From Eledone cirrhosa (taxonomy: Eukaryota), in NCBI GenBank assembly GCA_964016885.1, contig OZ024740.1, positions 221,588,001 to 221,652,000 on the forward strand: a DNA stretch of 64,000 nt, written 5' to 3'. Position 1 is the stretch's first letter. The number at the start of each line of letters is the position of its first letter. Shown here piece after piece: positions 1 to 12,772 of this stretch. The position numbers and the translations under genes are program-made. The notes under the pieces are model-generated. The model was not told where the DNA came from. It was given only the letters and a program-made list of their open reading frames with translations, and searched no databases.

Positions 1-254
1 GGCAGATCTCGCTTAATACAGCCTCGTCAGAAGAATAATGCTTGACTATAGCAGACAGTAGATAGACCCAGGACACCGTCGTGAAATACCAATATATGGA
101 ACATTACATACATGTAGCCATCTTTCTTTACTTTACTTTATATTCCTTATTCCATCGTACCTTTATCAATATTTTCTTTATCTTTTTTGAAGTTATAAAG
201 AGCAGCTCCATAATGTTTATCTAAGTTAATTATCTTCATCTGAACCAGATCAAT

Positions 255-445
255 AATTGTTTCTACTTTAGGCACAAGGCCAGAAAATTACCCAGTGCAT
301 TACTGGTACTTTATTTTATCGACCCCGTAAGGATGAAAGGCAAAGTCAACATCGGCGGGATTTGAACTCAGATCGTAAAGGGACGTAACTATGCTGGAAA
401 GCATGGCGTCCGACTCTCTACCGATACTGCCAATCTACCGCCCTA
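255..445 (-). mobile_element. tRNA-derived SINE (MetaSINE-like central domain)
   Basis: Minus strand shows A box TGGCAGTATCGG, B-box-like GAACTCAGA/GAGTTCAAATCC, then CTTTGCCTTTCATCCTTACGGGGTCGATAAAATAAAGTACCAG; 8+ near-identical copies in the window. Confidence 0.85.
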
Positions 446-526
446 GATCAATAATGATCTATAATCATTTGATCCAGAAACATTATATGGAGGAGCGAAA
501 CAATTGTAAACGGACATTATTATTAT

Positions 527-580
527 TTACCAGTAATGCACTGGGTAATTGCTGGCCTTGTGCCTAAAGTAGAAACAATT
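527..580 (+). mobile_element. 3' tail fragment of the same SINE, inverted relative to 255-445
   Basis: TACCAGTAATGCACTGGGTAATTGCTGGCCTTGTGCCTAAAGTAGAAACAATT matches the SINE 3' end. Confidence 0.75.
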
Positions 581-612
581 ATTATTATTATTATTATCAT
601 TGTTATTGTTAT

Positions 613-1123
613 TCCTTGAATCTCAGTCATTGATGTTGGTTAACTGGAAAGTCCGTTGGATTGAATATCAAGCCACTACCTGCAGCCTCAGATATTCAGG
701 ACGTATCGGAGGGTTCTTGCCGTTCCAAGCAAGCATGCCTTTTGAAGCGTTCCAAAAAGCGTGAAGGGGCCGATTTTCTTTAACCATCCCTGGAAACTTT
801 TGGAGATAGTCCCCAGTGCGCCTATGACAATCAGGATCACTTTGACTTCATGGCAGTTCCAAATCCTTTTCACCTCCCACTTTAGGTCCTGGTATCGGTT
901 AATTTTCTCCCTCTCCTTCTCTTGCACTCTCGTGTCGAACGGGCAGGCCACATCCACAATCAGGCACGATCTTTTTTCTTTGTCCACAACCACCAGGTCA
1001 GGTCTATTGTGTTCCAGTTTTTTGTCCGTCTGTATCCTAAAATCCCACAGCACCTTCACCTGATTGTTCTCCATCACCGCCTCTGGCCTATGCTCATACC
1101 ATTTCTCAGAATGTGGTAGATTG

Positions 1124-1125
<2 letters not shown>
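613..1125 (-). mobile_element. 5'-truncated R4/Dong-type non-LTR element (restriction-like endonuclease domain + 3' UTR)
   Basis: ORF 688-1182 contains KWYEHRP..VLWDFRIQTD..HNRPDLVVVD..IVDVACPFD..KINRYQDL..IVIGALG, a typical RLE (PD..D) domain; TAA repeats flank both sides; the poly-N N-terminus is microsatellite. Confidence 0.85.
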
Positions 1126-1173
<48 letters not shown>

Positions 1174-1388
1174 GAATGCCATGGTTGACGGAGGCTCGGC
1201 TCTGTAAGGTATTGTAATTTTTGACCGCTATAACAATTATAAATTGTTTAAAACTTTAACCAAACTGTAGACAAAAACACCCTCCTCCTCGTGAGAGAGG
1301 TCTTTCTGCCCATTATTTGGCCCTTCGGGGTTAAATAACCGCTTATTGGGGTTTTGTGCCCAATATTTATTTTAAACCCCCCAAAAAC

Positions 1389-3522
1389 ATGGCTACGAAA
1401 AAGAATTTTCACAAGTCACTCCCACTCATTCCGTCTTCTTCTTCCTCAATCGTCACTACAGTAGAGAGAAGATTGTCTCTCTCCCCCCCTTCTCTAAATG
1501 TGTCTCTCTCCCTCCCTTCTCTTTCGCAAGCCACGCCAGTAAAGAAAAATAGTTTACAAAATCACGTGCAAATCATGGAACATTTCTCCACGACGACGAC
1601 AACGACGAAAAAGGTGTGCGGTAAATACGAAAACCCATTTCATTCGTCTGACATCATGAATAATAGCAGTAGCAGCCGTAATAACAGCAGCAGCAGCAAC
1701 AGTTACAAGGAAAACAAGAGTAGCAGCCGCAACAGCATCAGCAGCAGCATAAACAACAACAGCATTAGCAGCAGCAGCAGCAGCAACAACAACAAAAACC
1801 ACAGCAACAGCGGCGGCGGCAGTAGTCGTAGTACCTGCAGCAACAACAAAAGTAACAGCAGCTCTGACGACAACAACAACAACAACAGAAGCCAAGAAAA
1901 ACCAATCTCGTTTGCAGGTATCGCAAAGAACCTGGAAACCATCCTCATAACAAATGAGGAATTACAGGAAGCGAAGAAGATGGTGACGAAAACCGGACAC
2001 CGAGCAATCTGCAAGGCAGCCGAAAAATTTTTCGAAACTCAACAGCACTGTACGGTCACGTACCGTACAGGAAGCACAAAATCCCGTAGGGTTGAAAGAG
2101 CCACAGAGGCTCAAATACAAAAAACCCTTAGGGTCTGTGTGACAGCGGAAAACGCATATCACCAGGGGCAAGAAATATGCCACCGTAGACGTGATTTTTG
2201 CCACACCCCAAGAGGCAAAGGCTCAATCCTTAGTGACCCTAAGGAGCGAGGAAATGGTGTTGGTGCCCTCCTACTGCGGGTAAAACTTGTGAGGGTCAAA
2301 CTGACCCCCCCCCCCCAGGATGGCCCCTTCTTGGCTGGCCGCGTCTGTCCTCGTCGGAATCGAAGACAAAACAACTGTACTGCCAGTACAGAAAAAAGTA
2401 AGAGAAGATTAGGTCGGCACCTCCATTGAGATGTTAATCCAAATCAACCAGGAGTGCATCGAAGCTATCCCGGATGTGATAGACTTCGATAACGGCACTC
2501 AACTGCCCATAAGTGTTGAGGGCAAACGCCAGAAATTCTTTCGCTGTGGATCGAAGACTCACCTCAGGGCCTTCTGCAACGAGAAGACCCTGAGAAAGGA
2601 GAAAACCCGCTTCCTTCCGAAACCGGCTCCACGGCTACCAGCAACGGGACAAGCGGCAACCAGGAACGATAGGTCCGTGGCACCCATACCCACGCCACGG
2701 AAATCAAGAACAGCAGCAGCAGTGGAAGTATTAACAACAACAACAGTAATACCAAATGCAGCTGCAACAGAGACTCCACTGCAGACATCACCAACAACAA
2801 CAAGTAAAAGAGTGGAGCTGGTACCCCTCCCGGACCTTACAGAATCAGACATGGAGTGTGAGGTGGGAGAGGGATGGCAAAAGGTCGTAAGAAGGCACAA
2901 ACGCAGAAGCAGCGCATCGTCACCTTCGAAAAGGGAGGAAAGAAATGAAAAATGGGTAAAGGTTATTGCAAAGAGACTTACAGCAGCAACACCACCAACA
3001 CCATCACCACCCACACTAGCACCACCATCACCACCGGCGACAACCCCACCGCCAACAACAACAACACCTTCAACACCACCACCACAAGCACCAACATCGC
3101 AAACACAACAACAAAACACACACACCCAGCAACAACGACAAGAAAATAGCAGAACCACACCCCACCCCCAGAAAAACAAATGCACGGCAATAAATACACA
3201 CAACAAGAAACTAATGAAGTACATAATTGAACACACAGACATTTCACAGCACGACTACATAATACCAGCACCAATCAAAACTCCAACGAACATAAGACTG
3301 GTAAAAATAGCACAGAAACAATACACAAACATTAAAACGAAATTCCCCAACGCAGTTGGTGATTTCAGAGACCTAGGAGGGACTTTCAACCGGAGAGTAT
3401 ATTCGGACATACTCATAGAAGAGCCGACGGCCAGCCGAAGGGACGATTCAACGGTCCCTTCACCAGACGATCAAGTGAAAAGGGATGGAGAAACCATCCT
3501 TCCTCTACGAAAAGTACGGTAA
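1389..3522 (+). pseudogene. LINE ORF1 (gag-like, frameshifted, degenerate CCHC knuckle)
   Basis: ORFs 1356-2429 and 2431-3522; VEGKRQKFFRCGSKTHLRAFC knuckle with first Cys lost; GWQKVVRR motif; low-complexity S/N and P/T tracts. Confidence 0.7.
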
Positions 3523-3557
3523 GTGGTCTTTCCCATCTTTTCCACTCCATTTTAAAC

Positions 3558-6500
3558 ATGACCTCGCTCAGAATAGGCAGCATAAATGCGCGTGGCTTGG
3601 GGTTGTCATGGAAGCAGGGTTACCTGCTCAACGACCTCAGGTCACTAAACATAGATGTAGTGGCCATCAGCGAGACCAGAATCTCCGAAGCACGGGCCTT
3701 CGCACCTATCTTCGGCGGCTACGATGTGTACGCATCTCCCAGCCGTCCTGGATCGGGGGAGGAGTTGCTGTGCTTTTTCGGAGAGGTTTGGATCTCGCCA
3801 TACGGGCCATCTTCCTGTACCCAGAGGGTAAGTTGGTGGTGCTGGACGTGACCAGCGGAGACGGGCAAGCTTTCAGGCTAGTGGCCGTCTATGCCCCGAC
3901 AGGAGCAGGGCGGCCTGATTTCTTCCGGCGTCTGGAGACCTTTCTTGGAACGTCCCGCTCTTTAGTGTTAGTTGGCGACTGGAACGGGATCTTAGATGCA
4001 CGCTGGGACTGTGTGGGATTAGCGGATAGGGGTGGAGGGTGCAAGAGCCTCACCAACCTGCTCAGGCGTTTTGAGTTGTCTGACAGGTACCGATTGGATT
4101 TCCCGAATGTGCCAATGTGGACTTGGACAAATCGCATAGGGTCATCCAGATCATATCTAGATAGAGTATTTTGTAGGGAAATAGATAGGTCTAGCATAGG
4201 CTGTTCACAATTCAAGATAGTCAGCTATACGGACCACAAATTTGTGATCTGTGTGCTTGACTTAGATAGGCTTCATAGACGAGGACCCGGCTACTGGAAG
4301 CTAAACACGTCCTTACCAGCGCGCAAGGCCTACAGAGACCGGATTAGCGAACTAGTTAAGCGGGCGTTGACGGGGGCCATCGTCAACAAGTGGTGGTTTG
4401 CTCTGAAAAGAGCGATTAGAATAGAGTCCATTAGGTTTAGTAAGGCTTTAGCAATAGAGAAAAATAGAGCAGAGGGAGAACTAGTTAGAAAATTAGACGA
4501 GGGGCTTAGCAAATGCATCGCGACCGACGTACTTGCGGCGAAATTGGCCCTTGACCAATTCTTCAATGCAAAGCGCGAAGGCTGCGTTATCAGAGCTAGG
4601 GTGCCTGCTCTCAGACACGAGGGGACGAAAGCCGTTCAATGGGCCCGAGTGGCGGAGGCGCGTCGTGGCAACAAAGCCACGATCCGGTCTTTGGTGGACC
4701 ACGACGGGCGCATGCTACTCGATCCCGGGCAAATGTGTGAAGCTTTTCAGCGACACTTCGCACAGCTGTTCGGGGGCAGCGGCGAGCCAGATAGAGGGAT
4801 GAACTTTAGTGTCTACCTCGACGGACTGCCGCAGTTCTCGGCCACTGAGGCCGGGTGTTGCGAAACGCCGATAACAGCCGCTGAAGTACGGGAGGCAATG
4901 ACTGGCTGCACAAGGGGTAAATCGTCTGGTTTGGATGGTCTGCCCTATGAACTTTACGTACAGATGCCAGACTTGTTCGGAGGCCTCTTGGCGGACGTCT
5001 ACTGCAACTTGCAACAGAACGGGAGAATTCCCAGCTCTGTGAGCCGAGGAGCTGTGGCGCTGCTGAGAAAGGATACGAACAAGGGGCATAACATAGATAA
5101 TTTCAGGCCCATAACTCTGCTAAACACAGAGTTCAAGATTTTGGCCAAGGTGCTAGCAAAGAGGTTGGCGCTTGTCGTTGGTGGTCTGGTGGGAGAGGCG
5201 CAGACATGCGCCATTCCCGACAGATCCATCCACAACAACCTCCACCTCATGCGATACATAGTAGAGAGGGTAGCTAGGGAACCTGGCACGGGTGGGTCCT
5301 TGATCAATTTAGATCAGTCGATATATTTCGATAGGGTCGACCATCGTTACCTAGCGGCAGTCCTGAGGGCGGCTGGCTTTGGGCCCGTCTTCAGAGGCTG
5401 GATCGCTGCCATGCAGAGTGACATCTGCTCTGTAGTGAGAGTGAGCGGTCACCTTTCGGAACCGTTCAACATCATGCGCTCGGTCCGCCAAGGATGTCCC
5501 CTCTCGTCCCTCTTGTACGTATTGACTCTCAAGCCATTACTGCACAAACTGGAGACGTTGAGGGGGGTCCCGCGCGAACTAGGATGCGGAAGATCAGTGT
5601 CAGCATATGCGAACGATGTCACCGTAGTGGTGTCGAACGCCAAACACATCGAGGCGATCGGCACTACACTAAGAGAATACGAAGCGGTGACAGGAACAAT
5701 GATCAACCAGGAAAAGTCAGTGGGCCTGCAGCTCGGCACCTGGAGAGGCAGGTCCATGCCGTCCAACAGCGTCGTCGGGCGCTGGACGGACGGACCGGTT
5801 AAGTTGCTCGGGGTCTGGTTCGGTCCGGACCTCCAGACGGACAAAAACTGGAACGAGGTGACCAGCAGGGTGGCTTCTCTCACCCCAAAATGGGTGGAGA
5901 GTAATCTGTCCCTGAAAGGTCGAGCGAAGGTGGCTAACGCGTACATCGCGTCTGTCATCTACTACCGCCTGAACGTCGTACCTTGTCCTAATCCCCGCCT
6001 ACCTGCGCTAGAGCGTTTGTTCTTTCGCTTTTTGTGGAAGGGACGCGCTCCGATGGTCAGGCGGTCCATCTGCTGTCAACACCCGCTACGTGGAGGGCTG
6101 GGCATGCCGTGGCGGATGATGCGCAGACACGCACTCAGGCTACGTCTTCATCTCTTCCTCGACGGTGATCAGGTGTGGTCGCCGTTTGCTAGACGCGTCT
6201 TTCCCCAGCTCGTCTCCTTGACGGAGCTGCAGTCCTGGGTCAAGCGAAGACCGAGAGGGAGCGCTTGGAGACTGGAATGTCTTCAGGCGCTCACAGCTCT
6301 CGACCAATCGGGTAATGTGATCGGTGGAAACTCCACCTTGGCGTTCTATAGAGCATTAATGGAGGGGAAGAGCGACGACGTACTTGGAGAAACTCTAGGC
6401 GTCGACGAAAATCAACTAGCCAATCTCTTCGGAAGAACTTTCGGGCCGGGGCCTATGGACAACTTCCAGAAATCCCTGGCTTGGCAGTGCTACCGAGGAG

Positions 6501-6971
6501 CTTTGCCAGTTCGGGATAAACTCTACAGGCCTGGAGGTGCCGTCAGCCGGGCATGTCCGAGATCCGCGCAGGGCGACGAAACCGTCCTGCACGCACTCGT
6601 CCAGTGTCCGAGCATTGCTGACTTGTGGGTTTATGTCGAACACCTGCTGTCACGTGTAGGACGGATCCAGCTATCAGCTGAGTCCATCGTGAGGATTGAC
6701 CCGCCCTCTTCCTTTAGCCGGGAAGGGCAGGCAGTTTTTTATCTGTCTGGTGGCCATGGCGAAAGAGATAGTATGGTGGACACGTTTGAAAGGGCTGAAG
6801 ACGAGCACTTACCTCTTCTGTGATGCCCTGATTAACTTTTTCAAATTTCGTTTGAAAAGGAAAATCAGGGTAGAGAGGGAAGTGCTCTCTTCCCAGCATT
6901 TTTTTGGAAGATGGGTGGGAGAAGCAAGTATGGCCCGAGTGAATGGAACTACTCTGAATATGTGTCTGTAA
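3558..6971 (+). pseudogene. LINE ORF2: APE endonuclease + reverse transcriptase + degenerate CCHC
   Basis: MTSLRIGSINARGL, VYAP, LVGDWN, SYLDRVF, YTDH, GYWKLN, GLDGLP, NFRPITLLNTEFKI, VRQGCPLS; catalytic YADD mutated to YAND; frameshifts near 3750 and 6735. Confidence 0.9.
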
Positions 6972-7242
6972 ATTAAAGGTGGAAAACTGGGAGAGGGCAC
7001 TTGCCCTGGTGGTCAGGGTCACTGTGGCCTTTTAATGGGGTTTCTCCACAAATGTCCCTCGGAAGTCTCCCCCCTATTGGGGAATTTTTCATTGTTATTT
7101 TTTTGTTACATCCTCTGTTTTTGTTTTTTTACACGCAGAAATGCCCATTTGTACCGTCCTGTATTGTCCTGTATTGTCCTGTATTGTCCTCTACTGTTCT
7201 TAATGTCTACTTTATGTAAACCCTTGTGGTTAATAAAGAAAG

Positions 7243-7307
<65 letters not shown>

Positions 7308-7603
7308 CTTACATTAAACTATAATTACAGTCCTTATTCTTTACATTAAACTGCAACTATGTTGACACTCTTTAAGTAACGTCTTCCTTGTGAAATTTGT
7401 AGTCTTGCTTTGCTTAACTAATGAATATATATATATATATGCTGGAATTCCTTTTATTAATATATTAATAAATATATTTATTAATATACTAATAAAAGGA
7501 ATTCCAACTTTGTCTGATTTACTCGTTATATTTACAATCCTTTAAAATTATAATGGTATTAGAATGAAATAGTATGGTAGAATATTAAATCTTAAGTGTT
7601 AAT

Positions 7604-7642
7604 TGAACAAGTACTTTCATGCTTTCGCAATCTTCAGGTTCA
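7604..7642 (-). ncRNA. Minimal type-I hammerhead ribozyme (pLTR of element A)
   Basis: TGAAC-CTGAAGA-TTGC(GAAA)GCAT-GAAA-GTAC-TT-GTTCA: 5-bp stem I, GNRA-capped stem II, palindromic stem III AAGTACTT. Confidence 0.8.
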
Positions 7643-9387
7643 TATTCTGTGGTGACAGTTAAGTTTGCAATTTTCAACTGTAACGAGATGGGTAAATTTT
7701 GTGCCTTATATACCGTGAAAAGTGGCTACAGAATGCTAATTTTGTAAACTGCATTTCGACCAATCGGCGTGTAGTTCCACTGGATTACTAAAGCTGATTG
7801 GTTGAGCATGTCTAACGACTTCTATTTGACCCTATCCAAAGCATCAATTGTTTTGCTATTTTTAGAAATGATGAAAATAGCATTTTCTAGTAATCATCAC
7901 CATCAACATCATTTTTATTATTTATTATTGTTCATTTAGCTTGGGTTGGAATTTATAAATAACATTCTTTTGTTTGATTTTTCTCTTGATTTCACTCGGG
8001 CTGTGTAATTTGTAGAATGGAAATATAAATATTTTCTGACCACACGTTGCTAGGGGTATCTGACGGACATTTGGGTCTCTGATTTGCTGTAGGAGCAACC
8101 GTGCACGTTCCGATAGTGCATTTCCAGTTTGACCGACATATAGTTCTTCACAATTCAGGTATTTAATGCAGTAAATTAGATTTCTGCTTTTGCAGTTCAT
8201 ATTTGCATTTGGGAATATTTTTCCAGTTTTTGTGTTCATATATTGACCGGTGTGTATGGATTGACATGTGCCACATCGACTATCATTGCATTTAGATACA
8301 GTGAATGATTAGTCTTTGTTGTTAAGGTCAAACTTTGCTTTTGTTAGTAATTGCTTCAAATTTTTCGCCTGCCTTTTACTAAGAGTCAAAGATCGGTCTG
8401 TGATTAAGCCTTTTAATTCGTTACTTTGAGCAATGATCGTTAGGTTTGCTTTGGCAGTGTTGAAGATATTCTGGTATTCTGGTGACATGGGTTGTGTGTC
8501 ATTATAAATGGTATGACCATTTCTTGGTTTCTTCTCCCTTGGGTTGTCCTAAGTTGTATAGTTATTTTTATAGCCTGCTGTATGCCATTTTCTATAAGTA
8601 GAGATGGGTATTTTTGTTTGAGCAAACATTCTCTCAGTTCTGTTAGGCGTTTGTTCCTGGTATTCGTATCTTCTACAATGGTACACATTCTTCTGGCTAG
8701 GCAGTATGGGATGTTGCGTTTTGTATGAGGTGGATAGCACGACTTCAAATTTAGATATTGATGGGTGTCTGTGTGTTTATAATATATATCCGTGGTAATG
8801 GTGGTGTCGTTTTTGATTACCATTATATCTAGGAATGGTAATTTGGTACTACTCATCTCTTTTGTGAATTGGACAGATGGGTGTAGGTTATTCAGGAGGA
8901 TATTGAACTCATCCAGAGTATCTAGAGATTCTGTCCAGATGATGAAACAGTCAAGGTATCTCTTCCAAGATTTTTCAATGTACTTTCTAAAGTCAGTGCT
9001 ATATTTTTCCTCTATTTCTTGGTAGAGTTGTTCTAAGTATCCCATTACAGAGTTCGCGTAAACGGGAGCAAACTTCGTTCCCATCGCTGGGCCTCTAATT
9101 TGGATGTAATTCTTTCCATTGAAGAAGAAAGTGTTGTTCTCCAGAATAAGTTTGACTGCGTCTAATATAAATGGCACTGTGAATCTGGTGGGAATCACTT
9201 CTCTATGTTTTTCCACCCAGTATTTAATCGCCTTTATTCCTAAATCATGTGTAATGTTGGTTTAAAGGCTTACCACATCAAAACTAAGTAGAAGTGAATT
9301 CGTTTCCGTGGTTTGGGGAAGATGGGACAGGAAGTCGATATCATCCCGGATGAAACTGAGTATGTGAATACATAGTGGTTTCAAAAT

Positions 9388-9565
9388 AATTGTTTCTACT
9401 TTTGGCACAAGGCCAGCAATTACCCAGTACATTACTGGTACTTTATTTGATCGACCCCGTAAGGATGAAAGGCAAAGTTAACCTCGACGGGATTTGAACT
9501 CAGACCGTAAAGGGACGTAACTATGCTGGAAAGCATGGCGTCCGACTCTCTACCGATACTGCCAA
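9388..9565 (-). mobile_element. SINE inserted in element A RT
   Basis: Matches 255-445; slightly 5'-truncated; interrupts RPIIAGP...IILKPL. Confidence 0.85.
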
Positions 9566-11652
9566 ATGTTGGACCAGCTATAATAGGTCTAAGTTTTAAG
9601 TCTTTTGGGTGTAGTAATTTAATGTACTCACTGTTTTGTTCTTTTACTGCCAGTTGTATTTCTTTTGACTTATGAACTTTCGGTAGGCCATACAGGTTGC
9701 TGGGTTTTGACTCAAAATTAGTGATGTAGTCTCTTTCCTTATCAGTAAGTGAGTTGTGGTATTTTGAAGCCAGGTTTTTGATCTTCTTCATGATGTTGTC
9801 GTCTATATTTGACGGTATTTCATGATAGAATGTTGTGTCTTTCAGTTTTTCCTCAACCAAATCTTTGTAGTATTAAGCATCTATTATAACAACTGCCTCC
9901 CCCCTTTATCTGCTTGTTTAATTATTATTGTTTTATCATTTTGTATACGTTTAAGTGCAGACATTTCTGATTTGTTAATGTTTGGCCTAACATTAGTATT
10001 ACGTCTAAGAGGAAATTTAGACAGGATATCAATGTATTGGTCGAGATAGATATTTCTTCCTTTTGGCGGTGTGAAATTTGATTTATTCTTTACTAGTGAT
10101 TCATCACTCTCATTACTTTTATCAGCGAAAAATTCTACAAGTCGTAATTTTCGACAGAATGCTTGGGTATTTTCCTTTCGTTCTTGGTGGTTGACTGTTG
10201 GAGTCGGTGTGAATTTCAGTCTTTTTGACAGAATTTGCATTTCATCATTGTCAAGATCTCTTTTGGATAAATTAATTATTTTCGGATCTACGTGTACAGT
10301 TGTTTTGGGTATGTTTCTTCCTGGAGTTTTTCTTTTTCCGGTTTTTGTTGTCCTGACGTTAAAAAATGGATTTTTCTCTGTTCAGGATTTATATTCCTGT
10401 TGGTGTTTGCTTGATGAACTTTTCGTCGTGATATTATATTTGGTTTCGTTATGTTTTTTGTCCTATTTTTGGTATTATGTATATTATTTTTCCATTTCTT
10501 GTTAGCATTATTTTTAACAATCTGGGGAAATGACCTAGGTTTGCTTTCAGGTTTAGATGTTTTTTTCACCCAGTTTCTTGTGGGTAATCTCTGTTGAGAT
10601 CTTGAGAGTGATCTGGTTATTCTACAGTTTTTTTCCCTGTTCCTTGTGAGTAGTCTCTGTTGAGATCTTGAGAATGATCTGGTTTTTCTACTTCTCATGG
10701 TCTGGTCAAAGGAATGTCTATCGTGTTTGTGCTTTTTGTTCATGTTGTGTGCATTAGGGTGTTTTTGTAGAAAAAGCGAAGTGTTCTTACCGTGTTCTTC
10801 TTTGATTCAAGGTAAGGTGAGTGTTTGTGTTGCCACGTGTTCTGGCGTATGTTGTGTTGGTGAGATTGTCCACTTTTAATGCTTTTTCTCAGTTCCAGAG
10901 TCTTTACCGTAATTTGCAGCATATTCGTCGAGAAATAATTGTTTCTGCTGCCATAACTTTCTTGATTTGCTTTCTTCTTTTGAGATATCTCTGATCCATA
11001 GTTCTCGTAGTTTTTCAGCTATATTACCAGTCGTTAGCTTTGAACTTTGACTTCAATTTGGTCATCAATAGCTTCATATTTGGCTTTGTAGCGGGATTGT
11101 TTACATTGAGAAACGGAAATGTCGGTCCTGAATTTTGTCAATGTAAGTTCTCATCGGAGTTTTGTTTCTTCTTCTGGTTCTCCTGCAATTTCTGTAATTA
11201 GGTATTTACGAGGGAGTATGGGTGCCGTTAGAGAGAGCCATTTCCAATGTGTTTCGACATATTTTTCGCATTTGTATGCTTTCCAGAAGTTTTGTTTTCT
11301 TATGTTAAGACATTTTTTCCATGTCTTCCACATTTCTTTTCTTATTCGATGTGTTTTGTTTTGCAAATTTCCTTCGTTTAGTTCTGATATCCGAGGTGGT
11401 TGTGGTAGGCTTTCTCTTGTATCTTCGATAACTGTTGGTATAATTTCAGCTAAATTCTTAATTTCAGAGTTTATATGTTCAGTTATAAGTTTTCCGTCTG
11501 TAGATTGTTTTTTTATTTCCTTTAAAATAGAGGATTGTGTGTCAATCATCGTGATAAGTGTTGATCATTTCGATGATATCTCCTTTAGAATTCTTTCTGA
11601 TTCTGTTGATTTCATTTGTTGCTTTCCAGACATGTTGTCATATACACAATAG

Positions 11653-11701
<49 letters not shown>

Positions 11702-11852
11702 TACACAGGTGTGTATGATTGTGTATAGAAGATTATATTAATAAAAGGAATTCCAACTTTGTCTGATTTACTCGTTTTATTTACAATCCTTTAAAATTAT
11801 AATGGTATTAGAATGAAATAGTATGGTAGAATATTAAATGTTAATTGTTAAT

Positions 11853-11891
11853 TGAACAAGTACTTTCATGCTTTCGCAATCTTCAGGTTGA
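11853..11891 (-). ncRNA. Second hammerhead copy of element A
   Basis: Same core as 7604-7642 with one stem I mismatch. Confidence 0.7.
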
Positions 11892-12225
11892 TATTCTGTG
11901 GTGACAGTCAAGTTTGGAATTTTCAACTGTAATGAGATGGGTAAATTTTGTGCCTTATATACAGTGAAAATAGGGTCAAATAGAAGATAGGGTCAAATAG
12001 AAGTTGGTAGACATGCTCAAATGAAGATAGGGTCAAATAGAAGTTGTTAGAGATGCTCAACCAACCGTGACGCCTAAACAATCAGCTTTAGTAATCCAGT
12101 GAAACTACACACCGATTGGTCGAAATACTGTTTGCAAAATTTAGCATTCTGTAGCCAGTTTTCACTGTATATAAGGCACAACATTTACCCATCTCATTAC
12201 AGTTGAAAATTGTATATGTATGTAT

Positions 12226-12772
12226 ATGTGTGGGAACATAGAAATAATTGGGATGGATACCCAATCTCTCGGTTAAACCACTGGGAGTGAAGGACCCCTA
12301 GCTTTTGTCAGGCATTCTTCTAGGAGAAGGCAACTCAGGAAACAGGGATAACTCCGAAATAAAACATACAGCTTAGTATTTACCGATGATGTTGATCTTT
12401 TCTTCTTTTCGGGTTATAGCTACTGTCGCTCAGAGAGTGGGATTGGCTCAGTGCACAGTCTTTCCTCACTTTAAAAAAAATCGTCATGCACAGGCATTGC
12501 ACGATAGCATTAATTGATAATTATTAATAATATTATAGAGGGTGGGTTGAGGGTCGGACACCATTCTTTGCAGCAAAGAGTTACGGCCCTTTATGGTCTG
12601 AGTTCAAATCCCGCCGAGGTTAACTTTGCCTTTCATCCTTACGGGGTCGATAAAATAAAGTACCAGTAATGCACTGGGATAATTGCTGGCCTTGTGCCAA
12701 AATGAGAAATAATTATTAATAATGTTATATCGTGCAATGGCCATACTCAATAACGAGGGGGAAGCCATCATG
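12226..12772 (+). mobile_element. Non-coding RTE-derived element interrupted by a SINE
   Basis: Homologous to 36982-37554(-); ends with the RTE/BovB-like tail TCGTGCAATGGCCATACTC..GAGGGGGAAGCCATCAT. Confidence 0.55.
12538..12708 (+). mobile_element. SINE with about 21-bp flanking direct repeat
   Basis: B box GAGTTCAAATCC plus central domain; ATAATTATTAATAAT(A/G)TTATA at 12517-12537 and 12709-12729. Confidence 0.8.

Larger units (their letters stand above)
1173..7243 (+). mobile_element. Near full-length Tx1/L1-clade LINE inserted in (ATT)n
   Basis: Gag-like ORF1 plus APE-RT ORF2, T-rich 3' UTR ending TAATAAAGAAAGC; flanked by (ATT)n at 1126-1172 and 7244-7305. Confidence 0.9.
7443..12212 (-). 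mobile_element. Penelope-like element A (Neptune-like RT + C-terminal GIY-YIG), degraded, with direct and inverted pLTRs
   Basis: LYGLPKVHK, LRPIIAG, QIRGPAMGTKFAPVYAN, WKRYLD, LPFLDI, YYKHTDTHQYL; linker CNDSRCGTC; NLIYCI..LYVGQTG; 7490-7720 repeated directly at 11738-11970; 7668-7835 inverted at about 12025-12212. Confidence 0.88.
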
